This document shows, one piece after another, positions 1 to 11,740 of a DNA stretch of 64,000 nt. Source of the stretch: Azolla caroliniana (taxonomy: Eukaryota > Plantae > Polypodiophyta); assembly GCA_043228905.1 (NCBI GenBank), contig JBHGNT010000005.1, positions 22,506,001-22,570,000 on the forward strand. Direction: 5' to 3'. Each line of letters opens with the position of its first letter. The stretch's first letter is position 1. The notes below the pieces were generated by a model, which was given only the letters and a program-made list of their open reading frames with translations, was not told the origin of the DNA and made no database searches. Made by a program: the position numbers and the translations under genes.

Positions 1-102
1 ATGAATCAATATCAAAATATCAATTCATGCGTCCATCTGTGTAAGAGCCGGTTCATGAGCCTTTTTGCCCGAATCCGCCTATGGCCGGTTTTCTTCACGA
101 CA
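1..102 (-). mobile_element. Terminal part of a Gypsy LTR (tRNA-Trp lineage), truncated by the window start
   Basis: Ends ...GGTTTTCTTCACGACA, matching the LTR terminus at 8180 and 14703; interrupts the gag fragment at 103-565. Confidence 0.75.
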
Positions 103-1610
103 GCAAATTCCTCCACAAGTTGAAAGGGTAACTTGTTCCACACCTTCCCTATAATGGCACCATCGTACCAAACCCGGACCCCTACATGGCCTCATCCTTA
201 TTCCGCATCCGTTGAGAAGGGGACTTCCTTCTCGACCTCTATTTGCCTCCTCGACCATCCATGCCTGTGCATCTTCGATAACTCCCTCGAAGGACCCCGA
301 ATTGTGACCTTCTTGAAGCTCTTTGTCCTCTTCATGCTTATACGACCACCATCACCCGACAAACACTTTAGCCTCGTTGCCTCCCATACATCCGAGTATC
401 GTGAGCTTAACATTTTTGGGACCCCATCCCCACTCCAATGGTCGACTTCTTCGACCACACTCTCAACGGCTTCCAAACCGTTTCTCGTCCACCCTTCTTT
501 CGTGTATGTTCATCATCACCTTCGACATTGCCTTTGCCATGAAGCCTTCTTCATCCACCTCCATTCTCCCTTGCCGCCTTTCACGTCGGGTTCACCAAAG
601 ATGTCACGGTATTCCGCGGGTACGTGTAGGATCTTAGGCGGGACCGCGGGGGTCTTGGACTAGGGAGACGGATGGTGGAGTCCTTAAGCTTTGTAGGCTT
701 CGGTTCGGAACCGGCTTCCGGCTCCAACGAATGTAGGGTTTCACAAAAGGGCGGTTCACCACGAATAAGGACACAACTCAAATACGTTACAAGGAAGATA
801 GATATACGCTAACATGAATATATATTACAATAGCTTTACAACAAGACGGGTTACATGCCCCGAATCCGGTGGCTATTACAAAACAATCAGCTAATACATC
901 AAGACACGAATGGGAACCGACGAAGGCGAGTCAAGTGGCCTGCCGGAACCGCAACATCCACCGTTGGTCACACCCCGAAGACGATGGAGTGTTCCCGTGC
1001 CACTTCGTCCTCCCTTCTTGAACCGGCCGCCATGCAAAACGCTCTCCATCGAGGAAAGGAAACCGAACCTCCAAGTGCCGCCAACGGAGTGCCGAAGAGC
1101 CGCCATTGTAGAAACCCCAAACAAAAACACTAACGCGACCAAGAAGAAGGTAAACCCCAAAACCCCAAGCTCATGAAACCTAGATCACATAAAGAAACCC
1201 GAAACCCTAAATCCCCCATGATCTCTCACAAGATGAAGTAATAAATCTCCACTCAAGAAGAAGGAGTCAAACTCATAAGACAAAGAAGAAGGAAACCCAA
1301 AATGAAACCCTATACGAAATAGGGTGAAAAGACCAAAGTACAAACCCTAAGGGAATAAGAGAAAGATGAAGACCAAGAACTACCAAACCCTAAATCCAAC
1401 GGTATATACCCTCCTAACTCAAAATGGGCTACTCCTTTACAAGGGACCCCTCCCTCCTTTTATTGTCCGAGGGGAGGGCATTACAATGTGGGACAAATAC
1501 GCCCCCTTATTCTATACACCGTTTTCCTACTATAGATGTGCACATGTTGCACATCACCAACTTGCCCATTCCGCCCCGGTTTCACACTATAGCCGGAAAT
1601 CTTAACGACA
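103..1610 (-). mobile_element. 5' part of Gypsy element H: 5' LTR 602-1610, tRNA-Trp PBS ~580-597, degenerate gag start ~103-565
   Basis: TG..CA LTR termini; PBS TGGTGAACCCGACGTGAA; ORF 198-476 (AVESVVEEVDHWSGDGVPK) resembles the gag N-termini at 16254-16451 and 47225; followed by ACGT. Confidence 0.8.
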
Positions 1611-2750
1611 ACGTATTCGGAGAACAACGACGACACCCGGAAAGAGCCTACGACAGGCGAGCGTGGAACGAAGGAAGTCGGTACGAGGTGTTCGGGGTGA
1701 GGAGAAGGTCTAGCCGGAGATGGAACACACGCGGTACGCAAGGAGCGGCATCCGGCGAGCAATCGAAGTAACCAAGGGTCTAACCGGAGGACATGCATGG
1801 CAAGCAAAGGAAGAGAGACCGGATCGGCAATGGTGTTCGGGAGGGCCGATCGAAGAAAAAGGTGCGTGCGGCGGACGTGATGGATCGGATGGGGCCGACG
1901 GGTCGGGGCTGGTAAGGAGCCGGCAAGACGGATAGGCGTCGGCAAGGAACCGGCAAGACGATCGGGTGTCGGGAAGGTGAAGAACCCGGTTGATTACCAT
2001 TGCCGAAATCTCTAACCCTTTTCCTTTCTTGGCACATATCAGTGGATGTGCGGTTTGGTGGGGGTGGATGTTGTGTAGATTTCCGGCTACGGTGTGAAAC
2101 TGGGGTGGAAAGGGCAAGTCGGTGGTGTGCAACATGTGCAGACGTATAGAAGGAAAACGGTGTATAGAATAAAGGGGGAGTATTTGTCCCACATTGTAAT
2201 GTCTCTCCCTCATTGGGCTATAAAAGGAAGGGTGGGGTCCCTTTTTAAGCGGTTGCCCATTTAGGAGTTAGGATGTGTAAAGAATCGGGTATGATTCTTG
2301 TGTAGTGGAAGAGATGTGTGTTATGTGTATGTGTGAGAGGAATTAGAGAAGAGATGAGAGAACACTAGATAGATAGACAAGAGAAATCAAATACTCAAGA
2401 TGAAGGTGTATATTTCACAAGTAGAATAAGAATTACAAAATGTAGCATGATCAGGAGTCACAACCGACCTAGTATGAAATATGAGGAGGGTGCTTTATAT
2501 AGAGTCACCCTCTCTCTTCATTAACTTTACAACAAACACTCTCTCTCTCTCTTGGGGAATGTGAAGACTCACAGTCATGGTGAATATGTAACTCATTTGT
2601 TATGTGTCATAGAATATGATTCTATGACACATAGTTAATGTGTAGAGAGTAGTGGTGTGACTTTTGACCTTTGAGTAATCATAGATTCTCAAAAGGTGTG
2701 TTCACACATTGTGCTATGTTGAGCTTGATTCTCAACACGCCCCCTCAAGC

Positions 2751-5005
2751 TCAACTCGGGTTGGTTCCTTTCGGTGGATGTCCACTTTGGCTCGTATCTG
2801 GTTCGGACAATCTCCGGTGTCCGCTTCGGCTTGTACCCGGTTTGGACGGTATCCGGTTCTCACTTGTACTCCCCCTCAAGTTTGGCAAGTCAGGGATCGT
2901 CAATCCAAGGTCTGACATGAATTGCCGAAGCTTGTCGGCTCTTAGGGCCTTCGTGAAGATGTCAACCGTTTGAAGATTTGTATTGATGTGTTGAAGGTCG
3001 ACATCTCCGGCTTGAACACGCTCCCGAATGAAGTGATAATGCACTTCAATATGCTTTGTGCGTGCGTGGAACACTGGGTTCGGAGCCAGATAAATACTAC
3101 TCATGTTGTCGCAGTAAAGGGGAGTCAGATCCTTGATGGGAACGCCCAGATCCTTCAAAATCCTCTTGAGCCATACGGCTTCACATGGAGCTACGGCTGC
3201 GCCCCTGTATTCCGCCTCCGTACTCGAAAGAGCGGCGGTAGGCTGCTTCTTGCTACTCCACGAAATTGCTCCGTTGCCGAGGGAGAAGACAAATCCGGAG
3301 GTCGATCGCCGATCGGCTTTGTAGCCTACCCAGTCCGTGTTTGTGTACCCTTTTAGTCGTATTGGTGTGGCCGATGCGTAGAGAACGACATAATCTATTG
3401 TGCCGCTCACGTATCGTAATACTCGCTTAGCGCAATCCAAATGAGTGTTGCGTGGTTTTTGCATGAATTGGCTGAGGAGTCCGACTAGATAGCTAAGGTC
3501 GGGTCGAGTGATCGTGAGGTAGATAAGGCTCCCAATTAGTTGACGATATTGAGTCGGATCGCACTCGTTCGTGCCGGAGTCAACATCTAGTTTGAGGTTT
3601 CTATCGAGAGGCACAGCAATCGATTTGCACTCCATCATCCTGAACTTGTATAACAAGTTGAGAATGTAGTGCCGTTGAGAGATCATAATGATGGCTGGAA
3701 TCCGAATTACTTCGATGCCAAGGAAGTAATGGAGCTCCTTCATGTTCGTCATCTCGAATTTTCTGGAGAGGAGGGACTTGACCTTGTTGATGTCGACTAG
3801 ACTTTCACCTCTAATGACTAGATCATACACGTATAGGATGATGACAATTAAGCTTCTAGAGTCGTGTCGTACGTAGAGGGATTTGTTGGATTTTGGCATT
3901 CGAATGCCGATTTGATGAAGATAGTGCGTAATCTTCGAATGCCAAGCACGCGGTGCTTGCTTAAGGCTGTAGAATGGCTTCTTGAGTTGGCATACGGCTT
4001 TTGGATGAATGCGCGATTCGAAGTCGGCTGGTTGTACCATGTACACCTCCTCGTCTAATTCGCCTTGGAGAAAGGCGATCTTGACGTCCATTTGGTGGAG
4101 GTGCCACCCTTTTGCCGCTGCAAGTGCGATCACGGTCCACACCGTCGTCATCTTTGCCCTCGGGGCAAAGGTCTCTTCATAGTCGACGCCATGCGTCTGA
4201 GCGTATCCTTTCGCTACGAGTCAAGCTTTGTGGCGGTTTACGGAGCCATCGGCGTTATACTTCACCTTGTAGATCCATCTGCAACCGATTGCCTTCTTGT
4301 GCGGTGAGTGGGGAACGAGATCCCATGTCTCGTTCTTGTGTATGCATGCATCTCCTCGTTCATTGCTTCGATCCATCGCGGGTCCTTTGCGGCTTCGGAA
4401 AAGGTTTCCGGCTCCCTTACTATTGCTACCTTCATCATAAAGGCATAATGGTACACCATATAATCGTTGTAGCCGAATCGGCTTACGGGGTTCTTTTCAC
4501 GGGTGGATCAGTGGAGCTTCTCGTTTGTGGATACTACGACGTTCTCTGCTCCATTTGTCCGGATCTGAAAGCCTTTGAGCTCACTATCGAGGGAGTGAGT
4601 CGATTCGTTGCCGTCGAAGTGATCGTCTTCATACTCCAGCATTTTTGCCTTCCCTTTGTCCAACTTCGGACTCGGCCGAGATGTGCTTTGATCGCTCGGG
4701 GGCTCTTGTGGTTCGCTCAGTCGGGTCATGATCAGACTTTCTTCGAACATGTGCATAAAGCGATCTTCATCCTCTATCTCTTGTTTGGCGGATTTCGGGT
4801 CGAGCGGAATTGGAGTCGAAGTTGTCTCTGGTGTGTACCAGGATGCGGACTCGTCAAAAACGACGTCTCGACTTACTCGAGATTTTCGAGTTGAGGGGTT
4901 GTAGCACTTGTACCCCTTTTGCTCTAGTGAGTATCCTACGAGGATAAATTTCTCCGACTTCGGCTCAAGCTTTTGATGCTTCTCGTTGGGGATGTGCACA
5001 TACGT
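2751..5005 (-). pseudogene. Copia A integrase C-terminus, RT and RNase H (frameshifted)
   Basis: ORFs 4508-5131 (YVHIP..KLEPKS..GYS), 4262-4459 (REPETFSEA), 2751-4151 (HQMDVK.AFL, YVYD in place of YVDD, SSTEAEY, HARTKHIEVHYHF). Confidence 0.9.
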
Positions 5006-6639
5006 TGTCGCGTTGTTACGCGCGTGCGTGGAGAAAGGCGGGACCATGGGGGTCTTGGACGAGAGAGTGATGGAGTGTAGGGAATCGTGCTTCACTGTTT
5101 CTGGGGCATCCCAGAAACACACCGGAAGCAACCGAAGGGAGAGAGAGAGAGAGAGAGAGAGAGAGCGTGCTTAACACCGACTCACGCACACACACACGCA
5201 CACGCACACGCAGCTCAACCCGACTCACGCCTATGTACAGAAAACGTAGGAGAGGGTAAGCACCCGACGCCAACAACGACGCGAATATACATAGACAAAC
5301 ATAAACGTATATGTATGTATATATATATGAAGAATACATTCCCGGCTTCGAGCTGGACTGAGGTAGGTTACAGTAGTCGTCTGTTGCCAAGCCGCCGTCG
5401 GGGAGCTCTCAGCTCGTTGCGCCGAGCGGGGTCTTGCACAAGAGGCCTAACCAAAGCAAACCCTAAGCAAAACACGAAGGAGAGAGAAGGAGAACCTAAC
5501 TCTAAACCTAACGGTATACCCTCTAATGACAAATGGGCAACCCTTACACAAAGGGCGTTCCCTTCCTTTTATAGAACAAGGAAGGGGATGCATTACAATG
5601 TGGTACAATCCTGACTTACATGGGATCGTCTGTCCCCGACTTGACTACTCTTCGGCGCCATAAAGGCGCCCTCGATATTCACACTAAATGTACACGGGTG
5701 CGTACACATGCAGCACCCTGCCGATGTAGCCAATGTTTCCTGGTTTCCGCCTCTGGCCGAAATTCTTCACGACATCCGCCCCCACCTAACTGCACGTCCA
5801 CCGGTATGTGCCAAATCTGGTTGAAGGGTGAGAGATTTCGGCCGACGAGAAACCGGTCTCCCGTGATCCGCATCTCGGCTCGCTGCCGGTTTGATCCGTC
5901 GGCTCCGAGTCTTCCTTCGCACACGCCTCCCCGTAGGCTCGTTCGACCCGCCGATGGGTCCTCTGCCGCGATCTTCGTAGTACTCGTACTTCCGTTGGCC
6001 CTCACTCGGCCGTATGAACACCCCGCTTCCCGCCGTAGGCCCGATGTCCCCTGCTCGAGGCTTGCCCGTAGTGGCCCGCTTGGCCTCCGTTGATCATTCG
6101 CGTCGTCCTGATTGCCGTCCCATGTCGTTTCGCGTTGCCCTCGTCCTCTCGCCGCCACCTTCCTTCTCCATGGTCTTACGTCGCCGCGTCGGCTCAAACC
6201 GCCATGGTGTCCGGAACGGTGTGGAGGGTCCCTTCCCCGCGCTACCTCCGAACCGCGCAACCTATCTCCGCGCTCGCCTTTCCGCTTCGGCACCTCTGTG
6301 TGCCATGTTCCCTCGCCCGTTGTTTGGCACCGCCCGTGTTGCACTCCGGTTTATTGCACGCCTCGTCGGCCCCCTTTTTGGCCAGATCGTGCATTGTCGT
6401 TTACCCTTATACCGGTGTCCTTTGCATCCGAGGAACACCCCGTAGTAGCCCGCTTGGCCCTTCCCGTCTTCGTGCTGCTACGATAAGTCCTGAGTCTTCC
6501 GCTTGCCGTCGTCCCCTCGCTCCCACCAGCTCGTCACCCCGGGCTTGCCGTGTCAGTCTTCGCTACTTCAACGGAGCCACCGAGATCTACGAAGCGAGTG
6601 TGGAGGATCCTCCTCCAGCCTCTCTTGCCATTCCCTGAC

Positions 6640-7230
6640 TCCGACCTTGTGCAGTCCACTAGGCACTTGGTCACCTCGTTCCCGGCACCTCCCTGCCGCC
6701 ACCGTCCTTCTTCCTCGGTCTTACGTTGCCACGTTGGCCGAACAACCGGAGTCTCCGGATCGGTGTGAGGGTCCCATAGGACCGGACTCCGTTTCTATGC
6801 TTGCTGAAACTCAGGTGACTTTGTTTTGAGTCCCTCCCGGACTCTCCTCGTGTCTTCCGCGTAGTCGGGTCCCGTTTCCCGTCGTCACCAACCTTCTCTC
6901 TCGGTCTCATGTTGCCATGTTGGCCGAACTGCCGGAGTCTCTGGTTAAGTGTGGGGATCCTGTAGGACCGGACTTCCTTACGCCCATTGTCTCCATCACC
7001 TCGCCGCCACCGTTAGTATCTTGGTCTTACGTCGGCCGCGTTGCCGACCGCCGAAGTCTCTAGAACCGGTGTGAAGGATCCTCCGTAGACCGCCCATCCG
7101 TAGCCCTTGCCTTCGTCACCTCGCCGCCACCGTCAGTATCTTGGTCTTACGTCGATCGCGTTGCCGACCGCCGAAGTCTCTAGAACCGGTGTGGAGGATC
7201 CTCCGTAGGCCGCCCATTTGTATTCCCGAC
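6640..7230. repeat. Degenerate ~120-bp tandem repeats in the internal region of A2
   Basis: CACCTCGCCGCCACCGT..GGTCTTACGTCG at ~6997 and ~7117, with weaker copies upstream. Confidence 0.65.
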
Positions 7231-8251
7231 CCTGTCCCGGGTCGTCCTTTTCCGCATGCCGAGAGGGTAGTTTACTCCGCACCCTCTCCCGTGGTACCAA
7301 CGTACCGTGTCCTCGGCCTCTTCGTAGGCCTGCTCTCTTCCTCCCTCTTGGAATGGTCATCCGGGAGTCCACTCCGTTGTCGGGGTTACTACGCCCTTGC
7401 GTGGAGAAAGGAGGAGGGACCACGGGGGTCTTGAACCGAAGAGCAAGAGAGAGAGGAGTAAGAGGGACCCGATTACACAGAGCCGAAGATTGCAGGGGGA
7501 CACGGCCCAACAAACAGAGATCGCAAATAAACGCTGACGCAGATGGACGCAACAACGAAAGATATATACTTATGAATGCAAGAAAATAACAGACTAAAGT
7601 ATTACAACCCACGGTGGGGCACGGAATAGATGCTAACGAAACGAACAGTGCGGCGAACAGATGCCGACCCCTGTATGACGCGACGCACAGAAAAAGGGAA
7701 ACAGGTCGGAGGTGCTGCCGGACGCACTCGGGCGTTCCACGGAACAGCGCAAGCCTCCTCGGAACCTGCACAGGTACGCGATGGAGCAGAAGACAGAGGA
7801 AGCAGGAGTGAGAGAGGAGCTCCGAAATCGGTTCAGCAGCACTTCGTCCTCTCCGCGCGAGATACCTGCAACAGCTCTTTCTTGCCCCTTATATAGCCCG
7901 ACGAGCAGGCCGTCCTATCAGTTTTATTCCTTGTCCCTTTTGGACAGGGATCCGCTCCGTTTTTCACGCATCCTCGTAGTTACGCCGCCGACTCGTACTG
8001 TTCGCGCGCGCGACCGAAAAGACTGTTCGCGCGGTCTTTGTCTCCACCCGAGTTAGGGCCTTTCCTGCCGATTATCCTCCTAATTCGCTTTTATGTACAA
8101 CTTGGAGCTTGCGCGCGTGAAGAGCCGGTTCCCACGCCTAGGTGCGCCGATTCCGCCTATGGACGGTTTTCTTCACGACATCCGCCCCCACCTAACCGCG
8201 CATCCTCCGGTATGCGCCAAGAGAGTTGGGACGGAGAAAACCGGCCCGTCT

Positions 8252-11200
8252 TCATTCCTCGCCCGTCGGTTCTTCCTCGTTTCCGGATCGTTCGTCACTG
8301 CTGACTAAGAGAGCCGGGTCCGGCTCGTCGTCATGTCGCTTCTTGAACGCTTTGATCCGCTTCCCTGCAACCGGTATCGCCACTCTCGTGCCGTCAAGTT
8401 CCGCCAGGTGATATGTCCCGTTGTCATTGGCGCTCCGTACCACGTAAGGTCCAAACCACCTTCGTGCGAACTTCCGTGTAGCTCGGTGCTGGTTGTCGAG
8501 GCTGCTGTCGTAGACGAGCACCCAGTCACCTTCTTCGATCTTCTTCGGTCGGAGCCGGTGCGTTCGGTCGAACCTGGCTTTGTTCTTTGCCCTCGCCACC
8601 CGGAGCCTCTCCGTAGCCAGTTCCACGTCCTCCGGTCTTCGCTCGAGCTGTCGTATGCGCGCGGCCAACAACTCCTCCCGGCTCATCTCGTCCCGCCAGG
8701 CGACCGTTGCCCACGAGGAGATCGTCCGTTCCATCGGCATGACCGGCTTCTGGCCGAACATGAGCTCGGTCGGCATGTACCCGGTTACCGAACTGTGCGT
8801 AGTCCGATCGGCCCACAAAGCATAAGGTAGAAGTCGCGGCCAGTTACCGACTTGGCCTCCGCATGCCCGAACCAGCGCTTTAACGATCGGCCCGTGTCCG
8901 CGCTCCACCTTTCCATTCGCCTCCGGGTTGTACGCAGTGGTGAGCGAGAGTTTGACTCCTAGCCGATCGAACAGCTCCGCGGCTTCCTCGGCGTCCAACT
9001 CCCCTCGGTCAGCCACGATCTTCCCGACGCACCCGTACCGGCATATCACGTCCTCAATTAGGAACCGGCATACGGCCGCGGTCGTCTTGTTCTGAAGGGC
9101 TCGGCCTTCCACCTGGTTCGTCAGGTCTTCCCGCGCTAGGACCAGATACCGCATCTGTCCTACCCCCATTGGCATCGTCACCAGATCCACCATCCATTTG
9201 AAGTGGATAGTCGGAGGGTACGTAGGGCGAAGCTTGTCCCGGTGTCGGACTATCGAGTGCACCTGACAACTCTCGCAAGTTGACACGAACCGATGCACGT
9301 CCCGGTACAATCCCGGCCACCAGTACTTCCCCTTCAGCTTCTCAAATGTCGCCCACGTTCCACGGTGTCCAGCCCAAGGGCTGTCGTGGTAGGCCGCCAG
9401 TAGCTCCTCCTGTTCTTCCTTCATCGCCACCACCCGGAGCGGGACGCCGTTCCTCTTCTTCGGGTGCTTCCACAAATGCCCATCTCGGAGAAAGAATCGA
9501 TATGCTTTCTTCCGGATCCGGTTGGCCTCGTCCTTCGTCCATGACGCATCGGGCGTCATTGTCTTCAAAAACCCACCGATCTGCAGCCACTCCCCGTCGT
9601 ACTTGCTCACGTCGAAGTCGCTAAGCGCCGGAGTGCTTGTCCCGTCCGTTGTTACATACGCAGTCTCGAAGAAGTCCACGCCGACCTCTTCGTCCTCCGA
9701 AACCATGCCGCCCTCGTCGTCGAACCTCGCCCTCGAAAGCATGTCGGCCATGGCGTTGTCTTTCCCGGAAATGTGTCGTATCTCCGGGTCCAGGGACTTG
9801 ATGTACGCTATCCACCTGAGCATCGCCAGGTCCGGAGTCGCGCATCCGGAAACCATACCGAGAATCGGCAGGCAATCCGTCTCGATGATCACTTCTGTCC
9901 CTATCAGGTAGTCTTTGTCGGCCTTAACCGCCGAAACAATACCCCAGAGTTCGCGTTTAACCTGGGCGTATCCTCGCTGCCGTTCACTGAGGACTTTCGC
10001 GCCGAATCGGATCGGAAACCGATTGCCGTCCTCGCCTTCCTGGTTCACGACCCATCCGATCCCGGTCGGACTGGTATCCACCGTTATGAATACCGGGGTA
10101 CCCCTCCCGTATACCGCCTTCCGGAGTGCCGGTGCCGCTGCAAGGGCCTCTTTCAGCTTCCGGACCGATTCCGCGTGCTCGTCTAGCCATTCGAACCTTC
10201 GCCTCTTTTTCAGCAACCCGTACAGTGGCTCCGCGACGTGTGCGTAATGCGGGATCCATATGTGGTAGAACGCGCATGCCCCCAGGAATCTCCGTACTTC
10301 CGTGACCGAGCTGCAGTCGGGCTTCATCGCGGAGATGGCTTCTACCTTTGCCGGAGACGGTTTCCGGCCATATGGTCCGCACAGGTGTCCGACCACCATG
10401 ATTTCTGACTGCCCGAAGGCCGACTTCTCCCCGGAGAAGGTGAGTCTCGCATCCTCTAGCCTTTGCAGCACCTTCTCGCAGTCGTCGATGTGCATTACCA
10501 CGAATCGCCGGCATCCGTCCGGCCCGACCGTCTCGTCCTTCTCTTCTACCGGGCATCCCTTGATCGGGATGTCGTCCAGAAACGGCATGGTGATGTCCGG
10601 GATACAGTCCCTCAGAACCTTGTTCATCGCATTCACCATGTGGGCCACCGAGTTGGTCCCTCCTTGCGGCAGTGTACACATCCGAACTAGGCCGAGGGGA
10701 GTTCGCATCGTCGTAATGTCTCTGCTTCCCACGGCTAGCTGGAACTGGTCGTACCCTGAGTATAGATCCCCGACCGAGTAAATCGACCTCCCGGCGAAGG
10801 CCTCCGCAAACTCGTCTATGGTCGGTCCGATCCCTGCGTTCCGAATGGTCACTCGATTGACCGGCTGCAGGTCCTGGATGAAGCGCAAAGAACCGTTTTT
10901 CTTTGGCACGGTAAACCATCGATTCGAATATGGGGCGCTCGACGGCTCGAGAATTCCCATATCAACTTTCTGCCTCTGCAGCTCCATCAACTTCGGGATG
11001 TGAGCTCTCGGAACCGAAATTGGCTTGAGATTCCACGGTACATGCGGTACCGTGAATATCACCATCGGCTCTACGATCGTCGGGTCCACGCACCCGATTT
11101 CCTCCGGCGAGAATGCGAAGGCTTTCCCGTGCCTTCCGAGCATTCTCCGGAACCGGTCTTCCTCCGCCGGCAGTAGGAACCCGCCCCCACCTATCTTCAG

Positions 11201-11740
11201 CTCGCGGAGCGTCTCGTTGGTGAAGGTGTGTCCTATGCAGGCCGGATCTCGTAAGCTGGGGTCCGATGCAACCCCTTTGATTCGGGATTCGCTGCCCTCC
11301 GGTAAGGGCGCCGCAACTGGCCTCACCTTCCGGTCCACCGTCTTGTACTTGGTGCTCACTCGGGCCGTCCGTTCCGACTCGAGCCCTCGACCGAAGTCCG
11401 CGATGACTTCGTACATTTCTTCGGAACATACCGGTATCGTCCGGTCTTCGTTAAGGTCTTCTTCGGCTACCTTCCCCAGCATCCCCAAGGTGTCGTCGAA
11501 GGAGACTGCCTCCACAGCTCCGCTGATTCCTTCGTCAGGGCCGAGAACTCCGCACGCCCGAAGTCTCCCCTCCGTCTTTGTTTTCTCTCGGCCGGTGATG
11601 CCGGCAACCGTACACGCTCCACTGTCGGAGAAGCAAAATTTCCTACCTATTGTACACGGTTTTATCGTACAGATGTGGGGTTTTCCCGGGGTGTCCGGAC
11701 TGTCGCGGCCCCACGCCTGGGCAGCCCTCTCTAAAAATCC
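8252..11740 (-). CDS. pol: Pol (RT-RNase H-integrase) of Gypsy B, reached by a predicted -1 frameshift
   Basis: DLYSGYDQ, LPQGGTNS, FLDD; RNase H TVDTS..ETDC..NAMADMLSR; integrase H-H-C-C, WMVDLV, ADRGE, YNPEANGKVER, FGPY; frame is open from 11740 through ORF 8252-11515. Confidence 0.92.
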   Translation of the reverse strand, partial: GFLERAAQAWGRDSPDTPGKPHICTIKPCTIGRKFCFSDSGACTVAGITGREKTKTEGRLRACGVLGPDEGISGAVEAVSFDDTLGMLGKVAEEDLNEDRTIPVCSEEMYEVIADFGRGLESERTARVSTKYKTVDRKVRPVAAPLPEGSESRIKGVASDPSLRDPACIGHTFTNETLRELKIGGGGFLLPAEEDRFRRMLGRHGKAFAFSPEEIGCVDPTIVEPMVIFTVPHVPWNLKPISVPRAHIPKLMELQRQKVDMGILEPSSAPYSNRWFTVPKKNGSLRFIQDLQPVNRVTIRNAGIGPTIDEFAEAFAGRSIYSVGDLYSGYDQFQLAVGSRDITTMRTPLGLVRMCTLPQGGTNSVAHMVNAMNKVLRDCIPDITMPFLDDIPIKGCPVEEKDETVGPDGCRRFVVMHIDDCEKVLQRLEDARLTFSGEKSAFGQSEIMVVGHLCGPYGRKPSPAKVEAISAMKPDCSSVTEVRRFLGACAFYHIWIPHYAHVAEPLYGLLKKRRRFEWLDEHAESVRKLKEALAAAPALRKAVYGRGTPVFITVDTSPTGIGWVVNQEGEDGNRFPIRFGAKVLSERQRGYAQVKRELWGIVSAVKADKDYLIGTEVIIETDCLPILGMVSGCATPDLAMLRWIAYIKSLDPEIRHISGKDNAMADMLSRARFDDEGGMVSEDEEVGVDFFETAYVTTDGTSTPALSDFDVSKYDGEWLQIGGFLKTMTPDASWTKDEANRIRKKAYRFFLRDGHLWKHPKKRNGVPLRVVAMKEEQEELLAAYHDSPWAGHRGTWATFEKLKGKYWWPGLYRDVHRFVSTCESCQVHSIVRHRDKLRPTYPPTIHFKWMVDLVTMPMGVGQMRYLVLAREDLTNQVEGRALQNKTTAAVCRFLIEDVICRYGCVGKIVADRGELDAEEAAELFDRLGVKLSLTTAYNPEANGKVERGHGPIVKALVRACGGQVGNWPRLLPYALWADRTTHSSVTGYMPTELMFGQKPVMPMERTISSWATVAWRDEMSREELLAARIRQLERRPEDVELATERLRVARAKNKARFDRTHRLRPKKIEEGDWVLVYDSSLDNQHRATRKFARRWFGPYVVRSANDNGTYHLAELDGTRVAIPVAGKRIKAFKKRHDDEPDPALLVSSDERSGNEEEPTGEE
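11675..11740 (-). promoter_or_regulatory. Predicted -1 ribosomal frameshift signal (G GAU UUU plus H-type pseudoknot)
   Basis: Heptamer GGATTTT directly before the gag-PR stop; 6-nt spacer; stem 1 GGGCTG/CAGTCC; stem 2 GTGGGG/CCCCAC; conserved in element C at ~30886-30949. Confidence 0.7.

Noticed and set aside
580-597. tRNA-Trp 3'-end sequence as a tRNA gene
   Set aside because: Only 18 nt adjacent to an LTR; it is a primer-binding site
8252-8330. Chromodomain at the integrase C-terminus
   Set aside because: Only a short acidic tail follows the GPY/F module
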